Notes: generated by a model not told the origin, from the letters alone. 55,626 nt of DNA from Planctomycetota bacterium (GCA_043778825.1 JAYWFM010000230.1:1-55626); one strand, 5' to 3'; shown: positions 45,739 through 55,472, counted from the stretch's first letter. Numbers and translations: made by a program.

Positions 45739-46437
45739 ATGGCGTCCCCCGTCGATCTGTCCGCTCTGCACCGCCACCATCTTGCCCTCAAGGAGGTTCA
45801 GGACGAGTTGGCCCGTGGACCTCGGCAGGTCCGTGCCCGAGACAATCAGTTGGCCCAGCTCGATGTGGACCGCAAGGCCAAGGAGGACGAACTCAAGCAA
45901 ACGCGTGCCGCCACCGACCGCAAGAACCTCGATCTGAAGTCGAGCGAGGCCAAGCTCAAGGATCTCGACCGCAAGCAGAATGAGGCCGCCTCGAACCGCG
46001 AGTTTGACATTCTCAAGGGACAGATCGCCGCCGACAATGCGTCCAACGCCGTCCTGCAAGACGAGATTCTGGAGTTCCTGGACAAGATCGATCGCATTCA
46101 AGCGGAGATCGCCGGGGTTGGCGAACGCCGCACCAAGCTGGAAGCCGAACGCCACCAGTTTGCCGCTCAGTTCGAACAGCGTTCCGTGGTACTCCGCAAG
46201 CGGGAGATTGAACTCCAGGCCCAGGTGACGACATCGGAGTCCATGATCCCGGAGTCGATCAAGGCCCACTACCGCCGACTGGTCGATGCCTACGGAGCCG
46301 ACGGAATGGCCTCGATCGACAACGGGATGTGTACCCATTGCTACGTGAGCCTGACCCCGCAGATCGCGGTGCAGATCGACACGGGCACGCCGACGTTCTG
46401 CTCGTCGTGCGACCGGTTGTTGTACTCGGTGAAGTAG
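45739..46437 (+). CDS. Coiled-coil protein with a C-terminal C4 zinc ribbon (COG1579/DUF164-like)
   Basis: A long heptad-rich region is followed by CTHCYVSL...FCSSCDRLLY. Confidence 0.85.
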   Translation: MASPVDLSALHRHHLALKEVQDELARGPRQVRARDNQLAQLDVDRKAKEDELKQTRAATDRKNLDLKSSEAKLKDLDRKQNEAASNREFDILKGQIAADNASNAVLQDEILEFLDKIDRIQAEIAGVGERRTKLEAERHQFAAQFEQRSVVLRKREIELQAQVTTSESMIPESIKAHYRRLVDAYGADGMASIDNGMCTHCYVSLTPQIAVQIDTGTPTFCSSCDRLLYSVK

Positions 46438-46451
46438 GGGGCCGCTCCCCA

Positions 46452-46486
46452 AAACTGCCGAAGTCTTCGGAGACTTCGGCAGTTTG
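46452..46486. repeat. Class K palindrome, copy 3 (variant AAACTGCCGAAGTCTTCGGAGACTTCGGCAGTTT)
   Basis: It begins 15 nt after the zinc-ribbon gene stop. Confidence 0.75.
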
Positions 46487-46531
46487 CAACGGGTCTCGGA
46501 GGGTGCATTCGCTCCTTGGCGGTACCCCCGA

Positions 46532-46592
46532 GGAATCTCAGTCGCGGAGCGACTGAGCTACGTAGGCGATGTCGCTCCGCGACTCGCATTCC
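46532..46592. repeat. Class C REP head-to-head dimer
   Basis: GGAATCTCAGTCGCGGAGCGACTGAGCTACGTAGGCGATGTCGCTCCGCGACTCGCATTCC. Confidence 0.9.
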
Positions 46593-46695
46593 GTGTGATA
46601 TCGCCAAATGGCGAATGCACCCGTTCTCGGATAGGTTCCAAGGCATCCGTCCTGCACTCCGGCAATTGTTGATACAATCCGTTGGAGGACTTCCA

Positions 46696-47415
46696 ATGCC
46701 CCTGACCACCGCACGATTACTGGATCTCGAAGAAGCCGGGTTGTGGCCCGACTTTCATTCGAAGTTTATCAACTATTGGCAAGAATCCCTCGCTGAATCG
46801 CTCCCTCGTGAGTACGAGGCTCGGGTGGGAGAGCAGGTCAACTTGTACGAGTACGAGGAGCCGATCCGAAGGTTCGGACCGGATGTCGCCGTACTCGTCA
46901 GACCGGGGGAGTCACCTTTCCGACGCGCTGCGTCCACAACTCATGACTCCGGCGGCGTGGCCCTCCTCGAACCAGTCACAGTCCCTTTAGCGGAGATTCA
47001 CGAAGAGGTCCGCCAACCGTTTCTGGAGATCATTCATCGGCCCGATCGGTCGTTGGTGACTGTACTCGAGTTGCTCTCCCCGTCCCACAAAGCGGAGCCG
47101 GGTCGGGCGCGGTATCTGGCCAAGCGGCGGTCGCTGCTGGAGTCCCCGGTGCATCTCGTGGAACTCGATCTGCTGCAAGGAGGCAGGCGTCTGCCGTTCG
47201 GGGCTCCACTGCCCGTGGGGGACTTCTATTGCATGATCTCGCGGTTGGAATTGCGGTATGACTGCTTGGTCTATGCCGGGCGATACGGCGAGGCATTCCC
47301 CCACTGGCCGGTCCCGTTGCGGGCTCCCGATCCCGATGTGAGCCTCGACTACCAAGCCTTATTTGAGTTGACGTTCACCCGTGGGCGCTACGAGCGCAGC
47401 CTGGAACGGGGCTGA
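46696..47415 (+). CDS. DUF4058 family protein
   Basis: WPDFHSKFINYWQESLAESLPREYEARVGEQV, FLEIIHRPDRSLVTVLELLSPSHK and VHLVELDLLQGGRRLP match the DUF4058 pattern. The ATG is preceded by GGAGGA. Confidence 0.85.
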   Translation: MPLTTARLLDLEEAGLWPDFHSKFINYWQESLAESLPREYEARVGEQVNLYEYEEPIRRFGPDVAVLVRPGESPFRRAASTTHDSGGVALLEPVTVPLAEIHEEVRQPFLEIIHRPDRSLVTVLELLSPSHKAEPGRARYLAKRRSLLESPVHLVELDLLQGGRRLPFGAPLPVGDFYCMISRLELRYDCLVYAGRYGEAFPHWPVPLRAPDPDVSLDYQALFELTFTRGRYERSLERG

Positions 47416-47417
47416 GT

Positions 47418-47466
47418 GCGTCTTTCGCTCCGCGAAAGAACGTCCTTTCGCGGAGCGAATGGCGAC
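47418..47466. repeat. Class B palindromic element, copy 4 (between convergent genes)
   Basis: GCGTCTTTCGCTCCGCGAAAGAACGTCCTTTCGCGGAGCGAATGGCGAC. Confidence 0.88.
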
Positions 47467-47479
47467 ACTCGGAGCCCCC

Positions 47480-48745
47480 TTACCGCAACACGCGCCGCCG
47501 CTTGAATTCCGACCTCGGCAGGCTGTCGCTCGGCACGGGGATCAGTTCTGGCGAGAACGCCAGGCGGTCGGTGATCTTGCGGGTCAGGCGGGCCATCAGT
47601 TGATCGAGAGCCTCACGGCTTTCGGAGATGGCGGGGGTGGCCTCGAACTCGATTTGCAGTTGCAACATCTCTTGCCGCGTCACCACGGCCAGGCGGAACT
47701 CGGCGACTTCGGGGAACTCACGGAGGACCGCTTCGACGCTGCTGGGGAAGACGTTGTTGCCGCGAATGACGAGCATGTCGTCGGAGCGCCCCAGGACGCC
47801 ACCCTCTAATTGAAGCAAGCCCGATTCAAGAGAGAGCGTGGCCTTCACGAGGTCTCCCGTGCGGTAGCGCAGCACCGGTTGCCCCCAGCGACCGAGGTTC
47901 GTCATCACCAGTTCGCCGATCTCGCCGGGTGCGGCGGGCGCACCAGTGGCGGGGTCGATGATCTCGGCGATCGACTCGGTCTCCAGGACCAGCAAGCTGC
48001 CGGGGTTGTTCTCCGGCTCGATGCCGAGTGAGCCGAGGTCAGTCATCCCCCAGTGGTCAAACACCCGCGCCCCCCACTCGGCCTCGATCCGCAACCGCGT
48101 CCCCGGCACAGCTCCCCCCGGCTCTCCCGCGACAATCAGCGCCCGCACCGCTGAACTCGCCAGATCAATCCCCTCGGTCTTGGCCACCTCCGCCAGTCGC
48201 AAGGCGTATGTCGGAGTGCAACACACGACCGTACACGCATGCTCGACGATCTGCCGCAAGCGAGTCTCGCTGCTCAGCCCGCCCATTGCCAGACAGAGGT
48301 TCCCCTGCCGCACCGCCCCTTCGAACGCCGCCCAAAACCCGATGAACGGCCCGAACGAAAACGGAAACGCGACGATGTCCTCCGGTCGCAACCCGATGTG
48401 CTGGTAGATCTGCCCCCAGCACTCCATGAACCAGTTCCAACTCTCCTGGGTGTCGAGCCAGTACATCGGTCGACCCGTCGTGCCGGAGGTCTGATGCAGC
48501 CGCGTATACCGCGTCACCGGGTAGGTGAGGTTCGAGCCATAGCGAGGATGAGCGGTCTGGTCCGCCACGAGATCGGCCTTCGTGAGCAGCGGCAGCGTCT
48601 GCCACTGAGCCAGCGATTCGACCGCCCCTTTCCCCAGCCCCGCTGCGGTGAGACGGGTCGTCCAGAACGGGTTCCGGCCCCGCAATTCTTCGAGCATCTC
48701 GTGGAGACGCCGAACTTGGTTCGGGAGCAGTTCGGATCGATACAC
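47480..48745 (-). CDS. Phenylacetate--CoA ligase family (PaaK/F390-synthetase-like adenylate-forming enzyme)
   Basis: It has the AMP-binding motif TSGTTGRPMYW, plus YRTGD and the C-terminal PaaK-like domain. The start was set at GTG 48745 (AGGAG upstream) because the upstream ORF is REP DNA. The start is uncertain. Confidence 0.8.
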   Translation of the reverse strand: MYRSELLPNQVRRLHEMLEELRGRNPFWTTRLTAAGLGKGAVESLAQWQTLPLLTKADLVADQTAHPRYGSNLTYPVTRYTRLHQTSGTTGRPMYWLDTQESWNWFMECWGQIYQHIGLRPEDIVAFPFSFGPFIGFWAAFEGAVRQGNLCLAMGGLSSETRLRQIVEHACTVVCCTPTYALRLAEVAKTEGIDLASSAVRALIVAGEPGGAVPGTRLRIEAEWGARVFDHWGMTDLGSLGIEPENNPGSLLVLETESIAEIIDPATGAPAAPGEIGELVMTNLGRWGQPVLRYRTGDLVKATLSLESGLLQLEGGVLGRSDDMLVIRGNNVFPSSVEAVLREFPEVAEFRLAVVTRQEMLQLQIEFEATPAISESREALDQLMARLTRKITDRLAFSPELIPVPSDSLPRSEFKRRRVLR

Positions 48746-48811
48746 ACACGTCTCCTGGCTGGTGGAATGTCTGCGGGGATTATTCCAGAACGGGTATGCG
48801 TGGGCAATTCG

Positions 48812-48903
48812 CCTGTAGCTCACGTCGCTCCGCGACTGAGATTCCAGGAGTGGCGTCGGGGGAGACTGGCGGAATGCGAGTCGCGGAGCGACATCGCCTA
48901 CGT
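48812..48903. repeat. Two class C REP monomers, tails facing, separated by about 25 nt
   Basis: CCTGTAGCTCACGTCGCTCCGCGACTGAGATTCC ... GGAATGCGAGTCGCGGAGCGACATCGCCTACGT. Confidence 0.88.
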
Positions 48904-48976
48904 GGTTGCTGTCGACCACGGTACCTATGATGCCCTCTACTGGTCGCGGGATCGCTCGTCTCATGGCACTCACATT

Positions 48977-49026
48977 GTCGCCTTTTGCTCCGCAAAAGAG
49001 CGTCCTTTTTCGGAGAAAAAGGCGAC
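48977..49026. repeat. Class B palindromic element, copy 5 (between divergent genes)
   Basis: It is nearly identical to the copy at 20038-20087. Confidence 0.88.
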
Positions 49027-49068
49027 AATCGCCGACTGCACTACACCCCTCCGAAAGACTCCCCGCTC

Positions 49069-50295
49069 ATGTCCGTTTCGCCCATCCATCTGGCGGAAAT
49101 CATTGCCGTGGGGGCGGAGTTGACCTCGGGGGCCAAGCTCAATACCAACTCGCAGTGGCTCAGCGCCCAGCTCTCCGATCTGGGGATCGTGACGGGCTGG
49201 CATACGACGATTACGGATGATCTGGCGATCAATGTGTCGGCTCTGAGGTTGGCCGTCGAGCGGGCCGATCTGGTGGTGATTACCGGCGGGCTGGGGCCGA
49301 CGCTGGATGACCTGACGCGGGAGGCACTGGCCCAACTGGTCGGGGAGGAGCTGATCCTCGACCCGGTGTCGCTCGACTTGATCGAGACCTACTTCCGCAA
49401 ACGACAGCGCCCGATGCCGGAACGGAATCGGATTCAGGCGTACTTTCCTCGCAGCTCGGTGGCCCTCATCAACCCCATCGGCACAGCTCCCGGAGTTTGG
49501 ATGGAGGTGCCTCGCGCGGGCCGAGGGGCTTGCCTCATCGCCGCGATGCCCGGCGTGCCGAGCGAGATGTACAAGATGTTCGTTGAGCAGGTCGTCCCGA
49601 GACTGCCAGGCCAGGACCGCGTGATCCTCAAAGCCCGGATCAATACTTTCGGCTGCGGCGAGTCGCAGGTCGAGGAGATGCTCGGCGACCTGACCGCGCG
49701 GGACCGCGACCCCGAGGTCGGCATCACCGCCCACGACGCGACGATCACGCTGCGAATCATCGCCCACGGAGCGACGGCCGAGGTGTGCCAGGCCAAGATC
49801 GCAGCCACAGCCCTGCTGATCCGCGAGCGATTGGGCGACCTCGTGTACGGGGTCGAGGACGAAGTGCTGGAGGATGTGGTGGCCCGCACACTTGCAGTCA
49901 GCGGGCAGACGCTCACAACGATTGAGACCGGGACAGCGGGACAGTTGACGCAGCGCTGGATTGAAACGGGGTCGGCCTGTTACCTCGGCGGCGAAGTGTG
50001 GCCCGCGTCTCGGTGGGACCACACGCGGTCAATGCGGGAGCAGACACGCGACGTGGCCCTCGCTACCCGCGAGCGAGCCGGTGCCGATTATGCATTGGCG
50101 GTCTCACCATTCCCGCTGCCACCAACAACACTCAACGCCGCACCGGTGGAGGCATGCGTGGCCCTGGCCTCACGCGATGGAGTGGTCGAAGAAACCGTCT
50201 TCCTCTCCGGCAATCCCGCCATTCACCAGAGCCGCACCGCCAAGATCGCCAGCGACCTGTTGCGGCACTTCCTCGCCGGGAGAATGAGCCGATGA
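49069..50295 (+). CDS. cinA: CinA family protein (MoCF-binding domain + nicotinamide-nucleotide amidohydrolase PncC-like domain)
   Basis: It has [40 protein letters not shown], and a C-terminal CinA domain with [10 protein letters not shown]. Confidence 0.85.
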   Translation: MSVSPIHLAEIIAVGAELTSGAKLNTNSQWLSAQLSDLGIVTGWHTTITDDLAINVSALRLAVERADLVVITGGLGPTLDDLTREALAQLVGEELILDPVSLDLIETYFRKRQRPMPERNRIQAYFPRSSVALINPIGTAPGVWMEVPRAGRGACLIAAMPGVPSEMYKMFVEQVVPRLPGQDRVILKARINTFGCGESQVEEMLGDLTARDRDPEVGITAHDATITLRIIAHGATAEVCQAKIAATALLIRERLGDLVYGVEDEVLEDVVARTLAVSGQTLTTIETGTAGQLTQRWIETGSACYLGGEVWPASRWDHTRSMREQTRDVALATRERAGADYALAVSPFPLPPTTLNAAPVEACVALASRDGVVEETVFLSGNPAIHQSRTAKIASDLLRHFLAGRMSR

Positions 50296-51245
50296 CCATG
50301 CCGATCGATCCGGTGTCTCTGATCCGCCCCCGTCGCAAGATTCTCGGGATGTCGGCGGTGCTGTTGCCGCTCTCGTCCAGTGGAGAGGTCGACTGGGTGT
50401 CGTTCCGAAACCTCGTGACACGCACTTCCTCCGCCGGTTTGGTCCCCGCTGTGAACATGGACACCGGGTATGCCAACCTGATCGATGACGCGACGCGGCG
50501 GCAGGTGCTGGCCGTGACGCGCGAAACCCTCGGCAACCGCCCGTTTGTCGCCGGTGCCTTTGTCGGCGACTCGCCCGGCAGCACCTTCCAGCTCGATGCC
50601 TACTCGCGGCAGATGGCCTGGATCATCGAGGCCGGCGGCATGCCGGTCATCTTCCAGTCCTACGGACTGACGGGTCAGGGAGACGAGGAGATCCTCGCCG
50701 CCTACCGCTCCATCGGAGAACGCTGCGACTCGTTCATCGGGTTCGAACTCGGGACGATGTTCGCCCCGTTTGGGCGCATCTACTCACTCGAACTCTATCG
50801 CGAACTGATGGGCATCTCGCAGTGCTGCGGGGCCAAGCACTCCTCTCTGAGCCGCCCACAAGAGTGGGAGCGGCTCATACTCCGCGATCAGGTGCGACCC
50901 AATTTCCGCGTCTTCACCGGCAACGACCTCGCCATCGACATGGTGATGTACGGCAGCGACTATCTGTTGGGGCTGAGTGCCTTCGCCCCCGACCTGTTCG
51001 CTCAGCGGGATGCGTGGTGGGAACAGGGCGACTCGCGGTTCTATGAACTGAATGACCAGTTGCAGTCCCTCGGGTGCCTGGCGTTTCGCGATCCGGTCCC
51101 CGCCTACAAGCACTCAGCTGCGATGTTCTTGAAGCTGAGGGGCTGGATCGAGACCGACCAGACGCACTCGCAGAGTTCGACCCGCCCGGAGAGTGACCGG
51201 GAGATCCTGAAAGGGATCCTGTCACAACTCGGGATCGAAGGTTAG
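50292..51245 (+). CDS. Dihydrodipicolinate synthase family protein (class I aldolase-like TIM barrel); specific function unknown
   Basis: The start overlaps the cinA stop (ATGA). [24 protein letters not shown]...[19 protein letters not shown] resembles the DapA-family N-terminus, and CGAKHSS sits where the Schiff-base Lys block (GIKEAS) is expected. Confidence 0.6.
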   Translation: MTMPIDPVSLIRPRRKILGMSAVLLPLSSSGEVDWVSFRNLVTRTSSAGLVPAVNMDTGYANLIDDATRRQVLAVTRETLGNRPFVAGAFVGDSPGSTFQLDAYSRQMAWIIEAGGMPVIFQSYGLTGQGDEEILAAYRSIGERCDSFIGFELGTMFAPFGRIYSLELYRELMGISQCCGAKHSSLSRPQEWERLILRDQVRPNFRVFTGNDLAIDMVMYGSDYLLGLSAFAPDLFAQRDAWWEQGDSRFYELNDQLQSLGCLAFRDPVPAYKHSAAMFLKLRGWIETDQTHSQSSTRPESDREILKGILSQLGIEG

Positions 51246-51275
51246 AGCGTCAGAATGATCTTGGCGCGTGACTCT

Positions 51276-51517
51276 CATCCCGGCAGGGATGACAGAAATT
51301 AGCCGGTGGTTGAGCGCAGCGACACCACCGGTTGAAGGTTTCCGAGATGATCCCATCCCGGAGGGATGGCAGAGATCTCTCGACGATACCGACGCGAGAA
51401 ACCAGACCGCAACCCACACTTCTGGCATCCCTCCGGGATGCGGGAGCGGGCGGGGACCGTGTTCCGGTGGTGTCGCTGCGCTCAACCACCGGCTAATTTC
51501 TATGCCCCCTACGGGGG
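51276..51517. repeat. Class G large palindromic (MITE-like) structure, approx. 240 bp
   Basis: A 39-bp inverted repeat (51292-51330 against 51464-51503: CAGAAATTAGCCGGTGGTTGAGCGCAGCGACACCACCGG) encloses a second inverted pair (CATCCCGGAGGGATG at 51353 and CATCCCTCCGGGATG at 51427). Confidence 0.85.
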
Positions 51518-51677
51518 TCGGTCGAGTCCACATCCAGAACCACCGTCGGATTGGGGAGGCGCGATGCTCAGTCTTAAACGGATTCGCCCCCATGCCAACA
51601 GCGTGGATTCGGGCGAAACGTGGTGACAACTGATAGAATCCGGCGACAGACAACTCTCCCGCGCGGGGAGTCCGAGG

Positions 51678-53690
51678 ATGAAGGGACCACTCGTGAACGA
51701 CCTGATCTCCATGTGCCACCGGCACGGCTTCTCCCGGCGGTCGCTGCTGACCCGGTGGCTGCTGTGCGTCACCTTACTCGGAGGACTGGTCACGCCTCTC
51801 CTCGCCCAGGCCCCCGATGTCGAGGCTCTGGAAGAGGAAGCCTTCAAGGCGGCGACCGCGATCGCCGACCCCTCGATCGTGCAGATCCAGACGATCGGCG
51901 GGCTGGATGTCGTCGGCGAACTCATCGCGGGGACCGGGCCGACGACGGGGGTGGTCGTCTCGGCGGACGGGGAGATCATCACCAGTTCGTTCAACTTCGC
52001 GTCGAAGCCGAGTTCGATCATCGTCACCCTCTCGGACGGGCGAAAGTTCCCGGCGGATGTCGTCGCCTCCGATCTGGTGCGACAGGTGACGCTCATCAAG
52101 ATCAAGCAGACCGGCCTGACCCCGCTGGTCCCCGCTCCTCGCAAGGAGCTGCAGGTCGGGCAATGGACGATCGCGCTGGGGCGAACGTATGACGTGTCGT
52201 TCCCGAATTTGTCGGTCGGAATCCTCAGTGCCCTCAACCGCATCTGGGGCAAGGCGGTCCAGACCGACGCCAAGATTTCGCCCGCCAACTACGGCGGCCC
52301 GCTGATCGATTTGCAGGGGCGGTGCATCGGCATCCTCGTGCCGATGTCCCCACAAGGGGACGACGAAGCAGCCGGGGTCGAATGGTACGACGCCGGGATT
52401 GGGTTCGCGGTGCCGCTCGAAGAGATCCTGCTGCAACTCGACACGCTGCGCAAGGGCGAGACCATCCGCCCCGGTCGCATGGGGGTCATGTTCGCCGACA
52501 AGGGGCCGGTCTCGGGACCCGCTCTGGCCGGCGAGGTGCGACCCAACTCCCCCGCCGAAAAGGCCGGCCTCAAGCCCGGCGACCTCATCACCCAGGCCAA
52601 CGGGAAACCAATCGCCAGCATCCCGCAACTCAAGACGATCCTCGGTCCGCTGGCTGCCGGGAGCGAACTGAAACTGATCGTCAAGCGGGACGACAAGGAG
52701 CTTCCGTTCTCGCTGACTCTGGTCGCGGAACTCGCTCCGCTGGAGTACCCGATGCTGGGGGTGTTGCCATCACGCACGGTCGTGAAAGACGCGAAGGGGG
52801 TGACGCTACGACATGTCTTTCCGGACTCACCCGCAGCCAAGGCCAAGCTCACCGTCGGTGATGCGATTGAGAAGCTCAATGGGCAGGACGTGACCTCGCC
52901 GACCCAGCTCACGTCACTCGTGGAGAAGCTGCGGGTGGGGACTCAGACGAAGGCGACGGTCCGCCGCGCCGGTGGAGCCACCGAAGAACTCTCGCTCGAA
53001 CTGACCGCTCTGTCTTCCGCAGTTCCGCTCGACCTCACCCCCGACCTCGGACCGAGGGCCGAACCCGGCAAGGTGCCCGCGCGGACCGGCCGCCTCGACG
53101 AACAGATCCCCGGCACCGAGGGCCGCAAATACTGGCTCTACGTCCCCGAGACCTCCCAGCCGAAACAGTACGGACTGGTCTTCTGGCTGCACCCCGAAGG
53201 CCGCACCGGCGAGGCGGAGCAATTGAAGCTGTGGCGGAGTGCCTGCGAGGAGCGAGGGTTGATCTTGGCGGGCCTGCTCGCCGATGGCAGCTGGTCCGGC
53301 GCGGATGGCCCGCTGGTGAAGGGGCTGATCGAACAGTTGATGGCCAAGTATCCGATCGATCCCCAGCGGGTCGTCATCCTGGGGGAGCAGGAGGGCGGCG
53401 AGTTCGGTTTGCTGGCGGCGCTCAAGCTGAAGGACATCATCCGGGCCGGGATCGCGATTGATTCCGGTCTGGGCTTGGCTCCGCCGGAGAACGATGTCGG
53501 GAAACGGCAACAGTTCGTGATCCTGCCCCGCGCCGGTTCGTCGCGGCTGCGGGCGACCAAGAACACACTCAAAAACTTCGCCGCGAAAAAGATCCCGACG
53601 CTGGAACTGTCCGCTCCCGAGGGGGATGGACTGGATGAGGCAACGGTGAAGCAACTGGTGCTGTGGATTGATGCGCTGGACCGGATTTGA
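51678..53690 (+). CDS. HtrA/DegP-like trypsin-fold serine protease with two PDZ domains, fused to a C-terminal alpha/beta-hydrolase (esterase-like) domain
   Basis: The Trypsin_2-like part is IVQIQTIGG...TGVVVSADGEIITS...NYGGPLIDLQGRCIGI. The PDZ blocks are PAEKAGLKPGDLITQANGKPI and PAAKAKLTVGDAIEKLNGQDV. The C-terminus YWLYVPE..YGLVFWLHPEG...VILGEQEGGEF resembles esterase/PHB-depolymerase-type folds. Confidence 0.8.
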   Translation: MKGPLVNDLISMCHRHGFSRRSLLTRWLLCVTLLGGLVTPLLAQAPDVEALEEEAFKAATAIADPSIVQIQTIGGLDVVGELIAGTGPTTGVVVSADGEIITSSFNFASKPSSIIVTLSDGRKFPADVVASDLVRQVTLIKIKQTGLTPLVPAPRKELQVGQWTIALGRTYDVSFPNLSVGILSALNRIWGKAVQTDAKISPANYGGPLIDLQGRCIGILVPMSPQGDDEAAGVEWYDAGIGFAVPLEEILLQLDTLRKGETIRPGRMGVMFADKGPVSGPALAGEVRPNSPAEKAGLKPGDLITQANGKPIASIPQLKTILGPLAAGSELKLIVKRDDKELPFSLTLVAELAPLEYPMLGVLPSRTVVKDAKGVTLRHVFPDSPAAKAKLTVGDAIEKLNGQDVTSPTQLTSLVEKLRVGTQTKATVRRAGGATEELSLELTALSSAVPLDLTPDLGPRAEPGKVPARTGRLDEQIPGTEGRKYWLYVPETSQPKQYGLVFWLHPEGRTGEAEQLKLWRSACEERGLILAGLLADGSWSGADGPLVKGLIEQLMAKYPIDPQRVVILGEQEGGEFGLLAALKLKDIIRAGIAIDSGLGLAPPENDVGKRQQFVILPRAGSSRLRATKNTLKNFAAKKIPTLELSAPEGDGLDEATVKQLVLWIDALDRI

Positions 53691-53820
53691 TTTCGGTCTC
53701 ATCGGCACACGCGTTTTACTCTCGTGCGAGACATCCTCATACTGGCGACTCGGACAGGCGTGCGACATCTGGTCGCCGGAACACGATCCAACCTCTTGTG
53801 AAATACTCGAAGGACTCGCG

Positions 53821-54612
53821 ATGGCCCGCCGCGAGGAAGAGGATGACGATTTCGAGGAACGCCCGCGCAAGAAGCTCCGCAAGCAGAGTGACAGCGGGAT
53901 GTCGCGGAAAGGGATCCTGCTATTCGTGGGCGGCGTGCTGTGCGTCTTGGCTGGAATGGGAACGGTCCTGCTCTATCAAGCCGGTCAACGGTCTGGCACA
54001 GCCGCCCTTCGGGAACAGGACAAGAACCATCTGAAGCAGATTGGGCTGGCCCTCCACAACTACCATGAAATGTACAACAGTTTTCCACCCGGTGGGATTG
54101 TCCGGGAGGACGGCACCGAGATGCTGAGCTGGCAGGCGTGCCTGCTCCCGTTCCTGGATCAGGCCCCGCTCGCCAGCCAGATCAAGCCCGACTTCGCCTG
54201 GCACAGCCCCGAAAACCGAGGGGTCTTTTCGCAGCCGGTCGCCACGCTGATGAATCCCGCGATTCCGGTTCAGCCGGGTCTCGCTGTCTCGCACTACGCC
54301 GGGAACTCGCACCTGTTTGAGATCAACAAGTCCACGGACTTCAGGCACATATCGGATGGAACAACCAACACGATCGCGGTCGGTGATGTCTCGACAGGTT
54401 TCAAACCCTGGGGATCTCCGACCAATGTGCGTGACCCCGGCTTGGGAATCGGCCACACCCCCCAGCAGTTCGGCAGCCCATTCCCTGGCGGATGCCACTT
54501 CCTGTTGCTAGATGGATCGGTCAAGTTCATCTCCGAGAACATCGACCGTCAGAAGCTCGTCGATCTGGCGACTCCAGCGGGGTACGTCTGGGGGGAGGAT
54601 GCGTCGTTCTAA
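53821..54612 (+). CDS. DUF1559 (H-X9-DG) domain protein with a charged N-tail and TM anchor instead of a prepilin motif
   Basis: It has KNHLKQIGLALHNYHEMYNSFPPGG, DGTTNTIAVGD and GGCHFLLLDGSVKFISENI. Confidence 0.85.
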   Translation: MARREEEDDDFEERPRKKLRKQSDSGMSRKGILLFVGGVLCVLAGMGTVLLYQAGQRSGTAALREQDKNHLKQIGLALHNYHEMYNSFPPGGIVREDGTEMLSWQACLLPFLDQAPLASQIKPDFAWHSPENRGVFSQPVATLMNPAIPVQPGLAVSHYAGNSHLFEINKSTDFRHISDGTTNTIAVGDVSTGFKPWGSPTNVRDPGLGIGHTPQQFGSPFPGGCHFLLLDGSVKFISENIDRQKLVDLATPAGYVWGEDASF

Positions 54613-54784
54613 CCGCTGCCATGTCGACCCGCAGGACTGGTGGTGCGGGATTCATCTCATCTGAGAACGAGGAACCGCCAGAGCGTGCCGTCTCTGGCAC
54701 CCCGAAGGGCCAGGGCCTCCAAGGTGCGATACTCAGTGAATATCCACTCGCAAACGGCATTCCCCTCAGTTGCCAGTTCCTCTT

Positions 54785-55044
54785 TGTCCCGTCAGGGACA
54801 CCCGATAATAGCCCACCGATTCATCGGTGGGTCCACGGAACTCCTCACGGCCCCAGCCCCGGCAGGGGCGACAGAAAACGCCGCACACGCCCCAAGCCAC
54901 TGCCTTGTCAACGCTCGGTTTTGGGTGTTGGAGTCCAGCCTTTAGGCTGCTCCGGAGCAGGCTAAAGCCTGAACTCCAACCCCGCTTCTGAGTTGCGTCC
55001 CACCGTTGAAACGGTGGGCTATTATCGGGTGTCCCTGGCGGGAC
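54785..55044. repeat. Composite palindromic structure: class H element (54785-54833), class D element (54926-54984), inverted class H element (54997-55044)
   Basis: H is GTCCC-GTCA-GGGAC + ACCCGATAATAGC + CCACCGAT-TCA-TCGGTGG. The right copy is its inverted counterpart GTCCCACCGTTGAAACGGTGGGCTATTATCGGGTGTCCCTGGCGGGAC. Confidence 0.85.
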
Positions 55045-55045
55045 A

Positions 55046-55215
55046 AAAGCCTGAATTTCCCTTCGGTATCGACCACCTTGGAAGCCGTGCCCTGTCGGGG
55101 TTCAGAGATCTCCAGTCCATCGTAGATGTGTGCAGCGATCGCACTTTCCGATGTGAGTCGGGCTGGCCGGTTGGACGAGACGCAACAGGATATTCGCGTC
55201 GACAAGTGCCCTCAT
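55046..55215 (-). pseudogene. Decayed PIN-domain (VapC-like) toxin remnant
   Basis: An ATG overlaps the antitoxin stop (ATGA). The reading MRALVDANILLRLVQPASPTH has a PIN-type N-terminus, but it hits a stop after 37 codons. It continues plausibly in another frame (SAIAAHIYDGLEI) and is then cut off by the class H repeat. Confidence 0.5.
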
Positions 55216-55472
55216 TCACCACGCCCCTCATAGATCGATTCCCGGCTGTCATCGACCGCGTGATCCAATTTCGGATGACGAGCAATCCAGGCATCGAGCC
55301 ATTCCACAAAATCCCCTCGCTTTTTGGTCTTCTTCCGTCGAGATTCGACCTCGTCGGCCAGGCTCTCGGTGACGAGTTCGCTGATATACGTGTCGACATC
55401 GCGACCCTGAGCTGCGGCCTGTTGCTGCAGGGCCTGCTCGTAGTCTGCGGGTAAATTGAGCTGGATGTTCAT
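55212..55472 (-). CDS. Type II antitoxin-like protein (86 aa), cognate toxin degraded
   Basis: It has MNIQLNLPADYEQALQQQAAAQGRDVDTYISELV..., a small acidic C-half, and an ATGA overlap with the downstream PIN remnant. Confidence 0.6.
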   Translation of the reverse strand: MNIQLNLPADYEQALQQQAAAQGRDVDTYISELVTESLADEVESRRKKTKKRGDFVEWLDAWIARHPKLDHAVDDSRESIYEGRGE

